A model generated the notes under the pieces. That model saw only the letters and a list, made by a program, of their open reading frames with translations. It made no database searches and was not told the DNA's origin. Below, in pieces: positions 1 through 9,383 of a DNA stretch of 39,507 bases. A program made the position numbers and the translations under genes. Location: positions 1-39,507 of the IMG/VR virus record IMGVR_UViG_3300025078_000008. One strand, written 5' to 3'. Source of the DNA: a virus (taxonomy: Duplodnaviria > Caudoviricetes). Position 1 is the stretch's first letter, and every line of letters starts with the position of its first letter.

Positions 1-1
1 A

Positions 2-946
2 ACAGATCTTGCAATTAACTCAACTATTCCTTCACATGAATTGCCTAAAGGCGGTTTGATTCCAGGAGAAAAGTTATATCTTGACAACGACCAGAAATCA
101 AATATGACTGATGACGAGCTTAAAAGATTTATGGGTTTATCAAATCTTATTGAAAGCTTCCCGAGAGATAAAACTTCTGAATATTATTTCAACAGATTAA
201 TGAGTGATCCAGATGTAAAAGAGTATCTTGAAGAAATGGAAAAAGGCTCTTCTGTTGGAATTGGGTTTGATGATCATGAAGGGTGGGATGAGATGTCAAA
301 TGAAGAAAAGGAATTGATTCAAGGTAAGATTAAGGAGTTAGTTAAGGACGCTGCAGAAGAAGCTGAATGTAGAAACTGGGGATCAGTATCACAACATACT
401 CGAGCTGAAATATATAAAATGTTATCAAACAAAATCCAGTGGCAATCTTTGTTAAAGAGATTTTGTGGTTATACTAAGAAAGATCAAAGGAACTCTTCAG
501 TAAGAAAGCTACATAGAAAATACCCGGGTGTTCATCCTGGCGCTAAAAAGGTTTATCGACCAATGATTGCTGTATATATTGATGAGAGTGGTTCTGTTTC
601 AAATAAAGAGTTAGCAGCATTCTATGCTGAACTGGATAATCTTTCTAGAAATACAGACTTTTATCTTTATAAGTTTGATCATTCAGTTGATGACAAAGGA
701 GGGTTTCTTTGGAAGAAAAATAAACGTCCTAGCATGCACAGATCATTAACAGGAGGAACATCGTTTAAAGCTGTATCTAATCATGCAATCAAGAATAAAA
801 GAAAGTTTGATGGTTATATAGTTTTAACAGATGGAGGTGCGCCAAAACCCGGGCCTTCATTTAGAATGAAACGATGTTGGATATTAGCCAAGAATTGCAA
901 GTTAGCTTTTGAAGCTGACAAATCTGATGTTACAATAAACATGTAA
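2..946 (+). CDS. DUF2201-type putative metallopeptidase / VWA-like domain protein (5' truncated by window)
   Basis: Frame is open from the window start (TDLAINS...). MIDAS-like IDESGSV, GGTSF and LTDG motifs, plus W..LL.RF linker. Confidence 0.8.
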   Translation, partial: TDLAINSTIPSHELPKGGLIPGEKLYLDNDQKSNMTDDELKRFMGLSNLIESFPRDKTSEYYFNRLMSDPDVKEYLEEMEKGSSVGIGFDDHEGWDEMSNEEKELIQGKIKELVKDAAEEAECRNWGSVSQHTRAEIYKMLSNKIQWQSLLKRFCGYTKKDQRNSSVRKLHRKYPGVHPGAKKVYRPMIAVYIDESGSVSNKELAAFYAELDNLSRNTDFYLYKFDHSVDDKGGFLWKKNKRPSMHRSLTGGTSFKAVSNHAIKNKRKFDGYIVLTDGGAPKPGPSFRMKRCWILAKNCKLAFEADKSDVTINM

Positions 947-969
947 ATTAATTTATAAAAGAGATAATT

Positions 970-1134
970 ATGTTATATAATTTTAATACTGAGACATTTA
1001 AGTTTGTTAAAGAAAACAACAAAGTTAAATTATATCATAAAGCCCAAAATAAGTGGACCCAAGGTTGGACTTATATTGGAAAGTACGAAAACACGCAAAA
1101 AGCAGAAGTTGCTGCAAAACAATACACAAATTAA
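970..1134 (+). CDS. hypothetical protein (54 aa)
   Basis: Below the track cutoff; ATG after AGAGA, MLYNFNTETFKF...KQYTN*. Confidence 0.6.
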   Translation: MLYNFNTETFKFVKENNKVKLYHKAQNKWTQGWTYIGKYENTQKAEVAAKQYTN

Positions 1135-1149
1135 AAAAGGATAAAAATT

Positions 1150-1374
1150 ATGATGCGTTACAAGCTTACTATTGATCGTCATGGTCTTGGAGAATATGAA
1201 AAGAGCATTGTAAACTATGTCTTTGATTCTTCTTCACCGAAAGATGCATTAAAGAGAGTTCAAGCTGTATATGAAAGATGTGAGAAAACTAACAAAAGAA
1301 TTCCGTATAACTCAAAGTTATTCCTGGAAGCTGTAGCCATTTCAGCAGGTGCTGATTTAGATAAAATCAAATAA
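1150..1374 (+). CDS. hypothetical protein
   Basis: ORF with AAGGA RBS in + strand operon. Confidence 0.65.
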   Translation: MMRYKLTIDRHGLGEYEKSIVNYVFDSSSPKDALKRVQAVYERCEKTNKRIPYNSKLFLEAVAISAGADLDKIK

Positions 1375-1389
1375 AGCGCTGTTTATCAT

Positions 1390-1590
1390 ATGTTATATTA
1401 CATTGGATTTATATTTATAGTTCTTTTTAATGTAGCAATATTTTACGATCAAACTCAGCACAATGAAGAGATATACAAGTCAAACTATAGTTTATTTCTT
1501 TTTGTGTTGAGCTTTTTTTGTATTTTAGAGATAATGTTTTTTACTTTAATCTATGTTGTAATAAAAGATTTTATAGGATTTGTGCTATGA
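1390..1590 (+). CDS. small membrane protein
   Basis: Two hydrophobic segments; ATGA overlap with ligase start. Confidence 0.6.
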   Translation: MLYYIGFIFIVLFNVAIFYDQTQHNEEIYKSNYSLFLFVLSFFCILEIMFFTLIYVVIKDFIGFVL

Positions 1591-2879
1591 TTACAGAAAT
1601 CAATGAGTTTATAGAGAAAATGAATTCTTCAACGTCATCAAATGACAAAGTAGAAATTATAAGATTATCAGATAAAAACGTGTTAAGAGTTTTATATTAT
1701 ACGTACAATACTTTTATGCAATATAACATAACATCTAAAGTTCTTAATAAAAGAAAAGATCTATGTAACAAGCATACGAAATTTAGTTCTATATTTGATC
1801 TGTTTGATTCTTTAAATCAAAGACTAATTACAGGACATAAAGCGATAGAAGAAACAAACGGGTTTATCTATTGTAATCCTACGTATGAAAAATTATTATG
1901 TCTAATGTTAGAAAGAAACTTAAAAGTTAGAGCATCAGTTAAGTTAATAAACAGAGCTGTGCCAAGTTTGATACCCACTTTTAACGTAGCATTAGCAAAC
2001 AAATATGATGAGAAGACAAAAAAGAAAGTCGATTTCGAAAAAGATATCTGGTATGTATCGAGAAAGCTTGACGGTGTTCGTTGTCTTATTGTTGTTGATG
2101 ACAAAGGTAAAGCTAAATCATTCTCTAGAGCAGGAAAACAATTTCATACGTTATCCTTAATAGAAGAAGAAATAAAAAGTTTAGGTGTTAAAAACATTGT
2201 CTACGACGGTGAAATGTGTATAGTTGATGAAAATGGTAACGAAGATTTTCAAACTGTAATGAAAGAGATAGGTCGCAAAGACCACACTATTCAAAAAGGT
2301 TTATACCAGGTATTTGACTTCATACCTTACGAAATGTTTAAAAGAGGAGATGCTACCTCAGGAACTTTTTCTCAAAGAGTTTTTGCATTGCAAAGTCTTA
2401 TGCTAGGAGAAACTCTAAATTATCTAGACTTCTTAGAACAAACTCCGATATCAAATTTTGAAGAGCTTGATAAATTAACACAAAAGGCGTCTGAAAAAGG
2501 TTGGGAAGGCTTAATGTTGCGTAAGAACGATACTTATAAAGGTAAACGTTCTAATGACATCTTGAAAGTTAAAACATTTCATGACGCTGAGTATGATGTT
2601 AAAGATGTAGTTTACGGCCCGTTTAGATATATCAAAGAAGGTATTGAAGTAGAAGAAGAAATGTTAAGTGCTGTGATGATAGAGCATAAAGGAAACACAG
2701 TTAGGGTTGGTAGTGGTTTTTCAATAGAGCAACGACAAAAGTTTTTTAATAATCCACAAGACATTATTGGTAAAGAAATAACAGTTCAATACTTCGAAGA
2801 ATCTCAAAATCAGAATGGAGAAAACTCGTTAAGATTCCCGGTTATAAAGGTTATTCATGAAGATAAAAGAAAGTATTGA
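1587..2879 (+). CDS. lig: ATP-dependent DNA ligase
   Basis: Motif I SRKLDGVR, III YDGEM, IIIa QVFD, IV EGLMLR, V KRSNDILKVK, OB-fold VGSGF, VI LRFP. Start placed at ATG 1587 (ATGA coupling). Confidence 0.95.
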   Translation: MITEINEFIEKMNSSTSSNDKVEIIRLSDKNVLRVLYYTYNTFMQYNITSKVLNKRKDLCNKHTKFSSIFDLFDSLNQRLITGHKAIEETNGFIYCNPTYEKLLCLMLERNLKVRASVKLINRAVPSLIPTFNVALANKYDEKTKKKVDFEKDIWYVSRKLDGVRCLIVVDDKGKAKSFSRAGKQFHTLSLIEEEIKSLGVKNIVYDGEMCIVDENGNEDFQTVMKEIGRKDHTIQKGLYQVFDFIPYEMFKRGDATSGTFSQRVFALQSLMLGETLNYLDFLEQTPISNFEELDKLTQKASEKGWEGLMLRKNDTYKGKRSNDILKVKTFHDAEYDVKDVVYGPFRYIKEGIEVEEEMLSAVMIEHKGNTVRVGSGFSIEQRQKFFNNPQDIIGKEITVQYFEESQNQNGENSLRFPVIKVIHEDKRKY

Positions 2880-3054
2880 TCTAGTAGGGAATCTATGCAC
2901 TTTTAATAATATGTTAGTTTTAGTTATTTCAAAACATGTTATATTGAGACCATTTGGTAATAGAGAATACATAAAAAAAGAATCTTACTACGTTCTCTTC
3001 CCGCAAGGAGGAATAGACACAGTCTCAAAAGAAAGTTTAAAAGTTATATGTTAA
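2857..3054 (+). CDS. hypothetical protein
   Basis: Short ORF overlapping ligase end. Confidence 0.5.
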   Translation: MKIKESIDLVGNLCTFNNMLVLVISKHVILRPFGNREYIKKESYYVLFPQGGIDTVSKESLKVIC

Positions 3055-3257
3055 TGATTAAGTGTGAATGGGATTATGTGTTTAAAAACTTTCCACATCA
3101 CCAGAAAGGATACGTTTTTATGACAAACTTAAAGACGAACATAAGTGTAGCTGATTGTGGCGTAGAAGATTATAAAGCTAAAGGATATGAGTTGGGTTAT
3201 TGTAAACCTTATATACATTGTAGGACACAAAAAAAGTATAAAATCTATGTTAAATGA
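3048..3257 (+). CDS. hypothetical protein
   Basis: Short ORF coupled to upstream gene. Confidence 0.5.
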   Translation: MLMIKCEWDYVFKNFPHHQKGYVFMTNLKTNISVADCGVEDYKAKGYELGYCKPYIHCRTQKKYKIYVK

Positions 3258-3305
3258 TAATATATATAGTATATAATAATAATAACAATAAAAAGAGGTA
3301 TATAA

Positions 3306-3557
3306 ATGAAAATAACAGAAAGACGTTTGAGACAAATCATTAGAAGTGTTATAAAAGAAAACGAAAACGATCCTTATCTAGATCCAAATAGTCGTAAGCT
3401 CGAGCCAGAAGATGTTTTCCCGCCTATTGATGATGATGATAGATACCTACAAAATGACGAAGAAGATATACGCTATGATGAAGATGGCAATCCGTATAAC
3501 GCAGCTGAAGAAGTATACCGCGCTGATATGTGGAACGAACAATTCCTAGACTCTTAA
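3306..3557 (+). CDS. acidic protein with MKITERRLRQIIRSVIKE leader (possible virion-internal protein)
   Basis: GAGGT RBS; basic amphipathic N-terminal helix then D/E-rich body. Confidence 0.7.
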   Translation: MKITERRLRQIIRSVIKENENDPYLDPNSRKLEPEDVFPPIDDDDRYLQNDEEDIRYDEDGNPYNAAEEVYRADMWNEQFLDS

Positions 3558-3590
3558 GTTATATGTAGAATAAAGTTTGTTATATTTATG

Positions 3591-3615
3591 AAGCCCGGTA
3601 ATTCCGGGTTTTTTT
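3591..3615 (+). terminator. rho-independent terminator
   Basis: AAGCCCGG-taatt-CCGGGTT hairpin followed by T run. Confidence 0.85.
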
Positions 3616-3640
3616 GTATTCGCAGAAAGTCTTGAGTATT

Positions 3641-3672
3641 TGACGAAGCAGGGTGTTAACACAGTAAATCAC
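3641..3672 (+). repeat. 32-bp dispersed motif copy A
   Basis: TGACGAAGCAGGGTGTTAACACAGTAAATCAC. Confidence 0.65.
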
Positions 3673-3726
3673 ATACGTTTTATAAAAAGTGAAATATATT
3701 TATATTATAGTTAAACAGGAGATTTA

Positions 3727-4554
3727 ATGAAGTATAGATTTATGATGTTATTGTTGCCTTTTATGTTTAATTGTTCTGACGATCTTTCATCTTATAAAGG
3801 ATATGAAGTTGACTTTAGAGATAAAACTTATTCTGATACAAAGCACGTAGGTTCATCTTGTGATGTAAATTGTATATACTCAAGTTACGCAGTTAAGTAC
3901 AACATACAGAACAAGCAGTATGATTGTATTGAAGGACCTTGCGCTTGTGTTGAAGAAGGAAATGCAAACAACTTATGTGATGTTAACTCTAATCCGCAAG
4001 ACTTGTGGGAGCAAGAAGATATTAGTTCATCTCAAGAGACAATTAAAGTAGGTGTAATACCATACTACAATCAGTACGATAATATAAATTACCCAAGTTC
4101 TACGTGTCAAAATACATCTATAGCTATGGTGCTAAGCAAATTTCAATATAAAATACATCCAGATGATATATTTGGTAGATGGGGAAAAGATCTTGCACAG
4201 TCGCCGTCAGGATTAAATTATGTATATAAACATTATGCAACTAACAGTTCAATAAACACATACACTAATGCAACACCTGAAGATTTGACTAATGCGTTAG
4301 ATAACGGTTATATAGTTATAGTGCATGGATATTTCACTTCTTTTGGACACGTTTTAATAATTAAAGGATACGATGATAGTTATTATTATGTTAACGATCC
4401 TGCGGGAGTTTGGGATGGTTGTTTTAAATGTGGGTATAGTCAAAGTTATAATGGTGTAACTCAATACCCACGTCAATCTTTAGAGAACGCAGTTTTTACA
4501 TCTGACGGTTATTCTTATTTGCCTGGCTGGATCCACCTTATAAAAGGGAATTAA
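3727..4554 (+). CDS. lipoprotein with peptidase C39-like domain
   Basis: Signal peptide ending FMFNC; YYNQ, TCQNTSIAMVL (Cys), GHVLIIKGYD (His), YVNDP (Asp). Confidence 0.8.
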   Translation: MKYRFMMLLLPFMFNCSDDLSSYKGYEVDFRDKTYSDTKHVGSSCDVNCIYSSYAVKYNIQNKQYDCIEGPCACVEEGNANNLCDVNSNPQDLWEQEDISSSQETIKVGVIPYYNQYDNINYPSSTCQNTSIAMVLSKFQYKIHPDDIFGRWGKDLAQSPSGLNYVYKHYATNSSINTYTNATPEDLTNALDNGYIVIVHGYFTSFGHVLIIKGYDDSYYYVNDPAGVWDGCFKCGYSQSYNGVTQYPRQSLENAVFTSDGYSYLPGWIHLIKGN

Positions 4555-4555
4555 A

Positions 4556-5191
4556 ATGAAGTCTTATTTTGCTGCCTGTTTATACTTTTTTATAATTATG
4601 AACAATATATCATATGGTCAAAGTTATGAATGCGACAATAATTTTGAAGAATGTGGAACACCCAATCAGTCCGGTGGTAGTGGAGGAGAAGGTTCTATTC
4701 TAATTGCAAATACTGACCTGGGTGATTCGTATCAACATGCTGATGACTTTGATGATGATGGTATAGAAGACCCAACAGATAATTGTCTAAGGTATCCTAA
4801 TCCCGACCAGCTTGATAGAGACAGTGATAGTATAGGAGATATGTGTGACAACTGTTTAAATGTATGGAATCCAGAGCAGAGTAATATTGATGGTGATGAG
4901 CATGGCGATTATTGTGATGATGATATAGATAATGACCAGATTTTAAATTCTGCTGACGAGTGTCCTCTTCATTGGGGAAACTTATCTTGCTTTAATTCTT
5001 ATGAACCAGAATTAAAACCGACAAACAATCATCAACATAATTATAAAATGAATACTAACGTATCAACGTTGGGAAACACAAATCAAGTAATTACAAATAG
5101 TTGTGTAACTTCATCACAGAAAGAATCACTGTTTTACTTTGTGATAATCTTTTTTACAATTCTTGTATATAAAAGAGTGAAAAAGATTTAG
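4556..5191 (+). CDS. thrombospondin type-3 repeat surface protein, MtsC-like, with MYXO-CTERM-like tail
   Basis: Signal peptide; D.D.DG..D..DNC...NPDQ.D.D.D..GD.CD repeats; C-terminal Cys + TM helix + KRVKK. Confidence 0.8.
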   Translation: MKSYFAACLYFFIIMNNISYGQSYECDNNFEECGTPNQSGGSGGEGSILIANTDLGDSYQHADDFDDDGIEDPTDNCLRYPNPDQLDRDSDSIGDMCDNCLNVWNPEQSNIDGDEHGDYCDDDIDNDQILNSADECPLHWGNLSCFNSYEPELKPTNNHQHNYKMNTNVSTLGNTNQVITNSCVTSSQKESLFYFVIIFFTILVYKRVKKI

Positions 5192-5195
5192 ATTT

Positions 5196-5227
5196 TGACG
5201 AAGCGTAACGTATGAATATTGAGTCAC
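5196..5227 (+). repeat. 32-bp dispersed motif copy B
   Basis: TGACGAAGCGTAACGTATGAATATTGAGTCAC. Confidence 0.7.
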
Positions 5228-5388
5228 GTAATAGGATTGGTATTATAAAGACGGGAAAGTTAAAAGGGAGTTTATGTTTAGTATTGTCTGAAAGTTGTTT
5301 TTTGACTAGCGACAATTTGAAGTGGTTTAGAATTTATGTAGATAATAAACTACTAAGAATGTATGAGAAAAATATACGTCTATTGTAA
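5212..5388 (+). CDS. hypothetical protein (58 aa)
   Basis: MNIESRNRIG...NIRLL*; fills gap, stop lies in the TTGTAA of the next promoter. Confidence 0.45.
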   Translation: MNIESRNRIGIIKTGKLKGSLCLVLSESCFLTSDNLKWFRIYVDNKLLRMYEKNIRLL

Positions 5389-5411
5389 AAACAAACTACT
5401 TGACATATACT
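5383..5411 (+). promoter_or_regulatory. promoter variant TTGTAA-N17-TATACT
   Basis: Same geometry as the - strand promoter family; followed by AAGGAG RBS. Confidence 0.5.
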
Positions 5412-5547
5412 TACAAGACAAACATAAGGAGACTTGCATGTTTAAAAAAGAAGAATCATACGCATATATTTATTTAGCAGTAACTTATTTTATTGCTTTT
5501 ACAATACCAAGTTTAATTAAATTATTTTAAAAAAGAAAGAAGAAAAA

Positions 5548-5790
5548 ATGTCTGGTGGTTTTAACGAAGAAGTAGTAGTGTTAACAACAAATCCAAAAGA
5601 TAAGGTTGTGAGTTTTTTAAACGATCTAAGAGTGTTATTGAATAAACATAATGCAAAACTCTATGCTACAGATTGTGAATTATTTATGAACGGATTAGGA
5701 TATGTTGGAATGCTAGAAGACAATATAGAGACAACAGAAATATCAGATGGTAATGAACTGTTATATACTTCTAGTGTAAAATCACAATAA
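5548..5790 (+). CDS. hypothetical protein
   Basis: ORF ending before convergent terminator. Confidence 0.6.
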   Translation: MSGGFNEEVVVLTTNPKDKVVSFLNDLRVLLNKHNAKLYATDCELFMNGLGYVGMLEDNIETTEISDGNELLYTSSVKSQ

Positions 5791-5803
5791 AAGTTGCAAA
5801 TAC

Positions 5804-5828
5804 AAAAAAACCAGCGAAAAGCTGGCTT
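5804..5828 (-). terminator. rho-independent terminator between convergent genes
   Basis: CCAGC-gaaaa-GCTGG stem with A7 on + strand (U7 on - strand). Confidence 0.7.
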
Positions 5829-5858
5829 GTTAATGACTATAACTCTTGTATAGTTTTA

Positions 5859-6239
5859 TTATCTGAATGATATATTTTTAGCTGCATCTTTACCACACAC
5901 AGGCATAGTAACAGTTAGGATTCCTTCGTTAAGTGAAGCATAGCTCTTGTCAGCGTCAATTGATTTTAATAAACTTATTTTTTCATTTAAAACCGATTTA
6001 AAGTCCTTATCAAATCTTTTATTGTCACTCTTTACAATTAAACTTTTCTTGTCAAAAGTAATATCGATATTTTCTTTTGACATTCCAGGCGCAAGACACT
6101 TAAAAATGATATTGTTGTCTTCTTCGAAAATCTTGTAAGAACTTCTTTGATAGTTTGTACTTTCATATTTAGGTTTAGCATTATAAGTAGAAAAACTCAA
6201 TTCTTGCATTAACGTATTTAAAAAATTATCTGGTGTCAT
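5859..6239 (-). CDS. Hsp20 / alpha-crystallin small heat shock protein
   Basis: APGMSKENIDI and ASLNEGILTVTMP alpha-crystallin motifs; C-terminal I-x motif. Confidence 0.88.
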   Translation of the reverse strand: MTPDNFLNTLMQELSFSTYNAKPKYESTNYQRSSYKIFEEDNNIIFKCLAPGMSKENIDITFDKKSLIVKSDNKRFDKDFKSVLNEKISLLKSIDADKSYASLNEGILTVTMPVCGKDAAKNISFR

Positions 6240-6302
6240 ATTGTTCGCCTTTCAGAACGTTGTATGTATAGCTTAAACACCAAACTTAAATTTGTAACCC
6301 CC

Positions 6303-6539
6303 TTACTGAATATTTTTTTTATATACATTAATAAGTTGACTCAAAAGAACCATGTCTATTTTACCACCCCAACTTTCTACTAAATTTTTAAGTTCTACAA
6401 AAGACAGTTTGTTGTCTTCTATAATATCACATAACTCTGATTTATACGATCCAACATCTTCAATTATCATTATTTTATTATTGCTTCCTACATCGAATAT
6501 CTGACCATCTCCAGAAAAAGTAAAAATTATTTTAGACAT
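6303..6539 (-). CDS. hypothetical protein
   Basis: AGGAGG RBS. Confidence 0.65.
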   Translation of the reverse strand: MSKIIFTFSGDGQIFDVGSNNKIMIIEDVGSYKSELCDIIEDNKLSFVELKNLVESWGGKIDMVLLSQLINVYKKNIQ

Positions 6540-6584
6540 TAGTTACCTCCTTATAAGATATAATAAGTAGGTTCAATTCTATGT

Positions 6585-6809
6585 TTAAATAGAGTGATTA
6601 ATCGCTATCTTTTTCCTAATCATCAGAACTCTTCCTTTGTAAAGAAAATTTATTAAATCATCTTCAAAATCATACTTTTCATCGTTTTCGTAAAAAGCTA
6701 AATAATATCCTGTTTCTAATCTGTAGTTTTTTATGTTTTTATTAGGACAATAAATATTGTAGCCTAAAACACAACTAAAATTGTCAATGTAAAACAGGAA
6801 ATGTTTCAT
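6585..6809 (-). CDS. hypothetical protein
   Basis: Abuts YkuK-like gene. Confidence 0.5.
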   Translation of the reverse strand: MKHFLFYIDNFSCVLGYNIYCPNKNIKNYRLETGYYLAFYENDEKYDFEDDLINFLYKGRVLMIRKKIAINHSI

Positions 6810-6810
6810 A

Positions 6811-7284
6811 CTATGATTTTCTAGTATGAAGATCTGCTATTGATGATGCAACGAAAGACAAAGGTTTAACCTTAACATCAAAGCCGCAACCTGTTATATA
6901 TCCTGATATCATATTTTTATATTTAGATGATAAGTGTCTAGAATCAGGATTGACGTCAGCGTGTATTTCTATGTTTGCTTTATCTATAACACTTTTGATT
7001 TCCATCGCTAAGTTTAAAGAGTCAGTAGTTTCTTTTAATAATCTTTTAGAAAGGTCTAAATAAGAATCGTCTTTGAACTTGTCTCTTAAATAAAAATATC
7101 TTCTATCATAAAAGTCTTCGTTTAATACGCAAATTGCTTTTGTAAAAACATAGTGATAACCTAACTTAACACTATCAGTGCCAATAATTATTTTATGATT
7201 ATCTGATTTAGACACCTTTCTTAGTATATAAATAATCTCATTTAAATCAACAACTTCTTTATTCCCAGTTCGCCATGTAGTCAT
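6811..7284 (-). CDS. RNase H-like YkuK (DUF458) family protein
   Basis: IIIGTDS, RLLKET..S, EIHADVN, GY..G.GF...KP.SFVASSIAD. Confidence 0.85.
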   Translation of the reverse strand: MTTWRTGNKEVVDLNEIIYILRKVSKSDNHKIIIGTDSVKLGYHYVFTKAICVLNEDFYDRRYFYLRDKFKDDSYLDLSKRLLKETTDSLNLAMEIKSVIDKANIEIHADVNPDSRHLSSKYKNMISGYITGCGFDVKVKPLSFVASSIADLHTRKS

Positions 7285-7336
7285 ATTTAAACTCTTTTAC
7301 GAAAAAACGTTTCACTGTTTAAGTATGCCAATATAA

Positions 7337-7888
7337 TCACTGTTTACTGTTTTTATAAAACTTTAAAGTTCCATTAAGCTTTCTACGATAATCAATGCTC
7401 GAAAGACCAGATGCAGCAACTTCTTCTGTCCAGTCTTTATACATTGCATAACCAAGTTCAGTCAACTCTTCTTCAACAGGAGGATAAGAAATAGGATCAT
7501 AAAACCCGTCATCCGGCTTTCGCCAAGAACCTTTACTTTTTTCTCCTGTATTATATAACTTCATCGCTTTAGGCGTGCCATTTAACAAGTGAGAATCAAG
7601 TAAAACAGAAGGCTCTATAGAAATATCTATTTTGTTATTATTCTTGTCAACGATTTGACATAAACAATTGAAGTTTTTTCTACCCACTGTTTTAATAAAT
7701 TTTAAAAAGACTTTCTCTTGTTTTTTAAAACATTTGACAATGTTAATTGCATCCTTGCTTTTTATTTCTTTACTGTGAACTTTAGCTGTAATTGCATCTA
7801 CAACATCATGAAAAGTCTTAGTATCAATATGATAATAAATCCACTTGTGCTTGACGCCATTAAACTTTTCTTTTATTTCGTCCTTCAT
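7337..7888 (-). CDS. hypothetical protein, divergent member of five-paralog 'GRG..W / WIRF / GTP..L' family
   Basis: IKEKFNGVKHKW and NGTPKAMKL align with 26162..26920. Confidence 0.65.
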   Translation of the reverse strand: MKDEIKEKFNGVKHKWIYYHIDTKTFHDVVDAITAKVHSKEIKSKDAINIVKCFKKQEKVFLKFIKTVGRKNFNCLCQIVDKNNNKIDISIEPSVLLDSHLLNGTPKAMKLYNTGEKSKGSWRKPDDGFYDPISYPPVEEELTELGYAMYKDWTEEVAASGLSSIDYRRKLNGTLKFYKNSKQ

Positions 7889-7933
7889 AACAACTCCTGA
7901 CTTAACATATAAAGACTAGTTTAGTTATCTGTT

Positions 7934-8149
7934 TTAATCATCTTTTTCCAGCTTGATCGATTTTACTTCAAAGCCATAGTTTTCTAACAGATATTCAATA
8001 ACGTCTTCATCTTCAGCATCAGAATCTAGTTCGTCTTCTTTTAACTTTAAACTCTTAGGCAGAATAGCAATTTTCCGTGATTCTTCATAATTGCAATCTT
8101 CAAACTCTGTATCTGAAAAGTCCCATTTTATATTTTTTATTACTATCAT
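7934..8149 (-). CDS. hypothetical protein (family with 36737 and 39180)
   Basis: I.WDF...LP...L.E.YGF.V pattern; AGGAG RBS. Confidence 0.65.
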   Translation of the reverse strand: MIVIKNIKWDFSDTEFEDCNYEESRKIAILPKSLKLKEDELDSDAEDEDVIEYLLENYGFEVKSIKLEKDD

Positions 8150-8193
8150 TATTACTCCTTAATTTCTTTTTATATATAAGAAGGAATTAAATA

Positions 8194-8484
8194 TTAATTA
8201 TTATTTTTTAATTCGTTGATCTGATGCTGTATATACCACTTAGCTTTTTCAAGATCTTCCATTGTTTTTTTAGCATCTTTTTTGCCCGATCGAGCGATAT
8301 ACTTTATTGCATTTCCTAGTTCAAAATTTAAATCCCAAGAGTTAATAACGTCTATAACCTCATGTCCAGAGTCCTTAAGATAATGATCAGGATGATCTAC
8401 GTTTTTGTTTTGTTTAGGACTTGTTGATTTACATTGGCAAAGAATGCCAGCTGTACAGGATGTACATCTTTTACATTTAGTCAT
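8194..8484 (-). CDS. DUF3310 domain protein
   Basis: VDHPDHY, EVIDVI, GNAIKYIARSGKK, EDLEKAKWYI. Confidence 0.88.
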   Translation of the reverse strand: MTKCKRCTSCTAGILCQCKSTSPKQNKNVDHPDHYLKDSGHEVIDVINSWDLNFELGNAIKYIARSGKKDAKKTMEDLEKAKWYIQHQINELKNNN

Positions 8485-8487
8485 TTT

Positions 8488-8706
8488 TTACTCCAGCTTA
8501 ATTAATTTTGAAAGCTTAGGTTTTTTGTCATCCCAGTATCTGATACAAGGAATCTTGTTAGGCGAGAATATTATATATTCTTTGTAACTTGTTGATTTAC
8601 CGATAGTTTTAGTATTAACGCCTATTATTATAGAAAAACTATCAATTTTTTTATTATTATTTTTAACAATCTTAACTAAATCACCAACTTTAAATATTGT
8701 TTTCAT
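8488..8706 (-). CDS. small KVGDL-type (SH3/KOW-like) phage protein
   Basis: FKVGDLVKI N-terminus. Confidence 0.55.
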   Translation of the reverse strand: MKTIFKVGDLVKIVKNNNKKIDSFSIIIGVNTKTIGKSTSYKEYIIFSPNKIPCIRYWDDKKPKLSKLIKLE

Positions 8707-9322
8707 CTATTAAAATATCATCTATGGAAATTATTCCCAACATATCTAACTCATCTTTAGAAACTACTTTTTCTACTTTTTCTTTAATACTAATATCATT
8801 TCTTAATAAGCCACTTTCAAGACCAAGATTATGTGGGACACCTTCTAGATTTTGTATAAACTTATCATTTACGTAATGATTATCTATATAAATCTTTATG
8901 TGTTTATCTAGTTTCGATCCCCATAGTCTAAGATGAAACTTAGTATACCCTTTAGATGAAGAACCAAATCTTATCCAAGCAATACCAGAACTTTCAAACA
9001 AGTCTAACATATTAGAAGACAAACTAAACATTTCAGAATTAGTATCCGCAATCTTCATCTCAGTTGTTAATACTTCTTTTATCTTAACCCACACAGGATT
9101 ATCTTCATCAGCAGAAATTTTAGCCCAAGCTCTGCCCCTACCAGAAAATATAGACTTAATACTTGAATTATTAGTATGACTTATATTTAATGCACCATTA
9201 ATTGCTTCGTTAAATATATCTCTTAAGATTGTTAGTTTAACTTTTTGATTGCTTTGTTCGAGTTCATTGATTGCACTAGAAACAGCAGGAAAAATTATTT
9301 TTCTAATTGATTGAATGTCCAT
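8690..9322 (-). CDS. hypothetical protein, five-paralog family
   Basis: FSGRGRAW, AWIRF, GSKLD, GVPHNLGLE. Confidence 0.75.
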   Translation of the reverse strand: MDIQSIRKIIFPAVSSAINELEQSNQKVKLTILRDIFNEAINGALNISHTNNSSIKSIFSGRGRAWAKISADEDNPVWVKIKEVLTTEMKIADTNSEMFSLSSNMLDLFESSGIAWIRFGSSSKGYTKFHLRLWGSKLDKHIKIYIDNHYVNDKFIQNLEGVPHNLGLESGLLRNDISIKEKVEKVVSKDELDMLGIISIDDILIDENNI

Positions 9323-9350
9323 TTTAATATTCCTTTTCCTTGTTTTTATT

Positions 9351-9379
9351 ATTATAACACTACAATTTAAGAGTTACAC
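9351..9379 (-). promoter_or_regulatory. phage early-type promoter GTGTAA-N17-TATAAT
   Basis: Exact match upstream of 9322 start. Confidence 0.75.
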
Positions 9380-9383
9380 TTTA

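Noticed and set aside
1518-1586. Track start of the DNA ligase at 1518
   Set aside because: It overlaps the upstream membrane gene; ATG 1587 with ATGA coupling and an AGGA RBS is more plausible.
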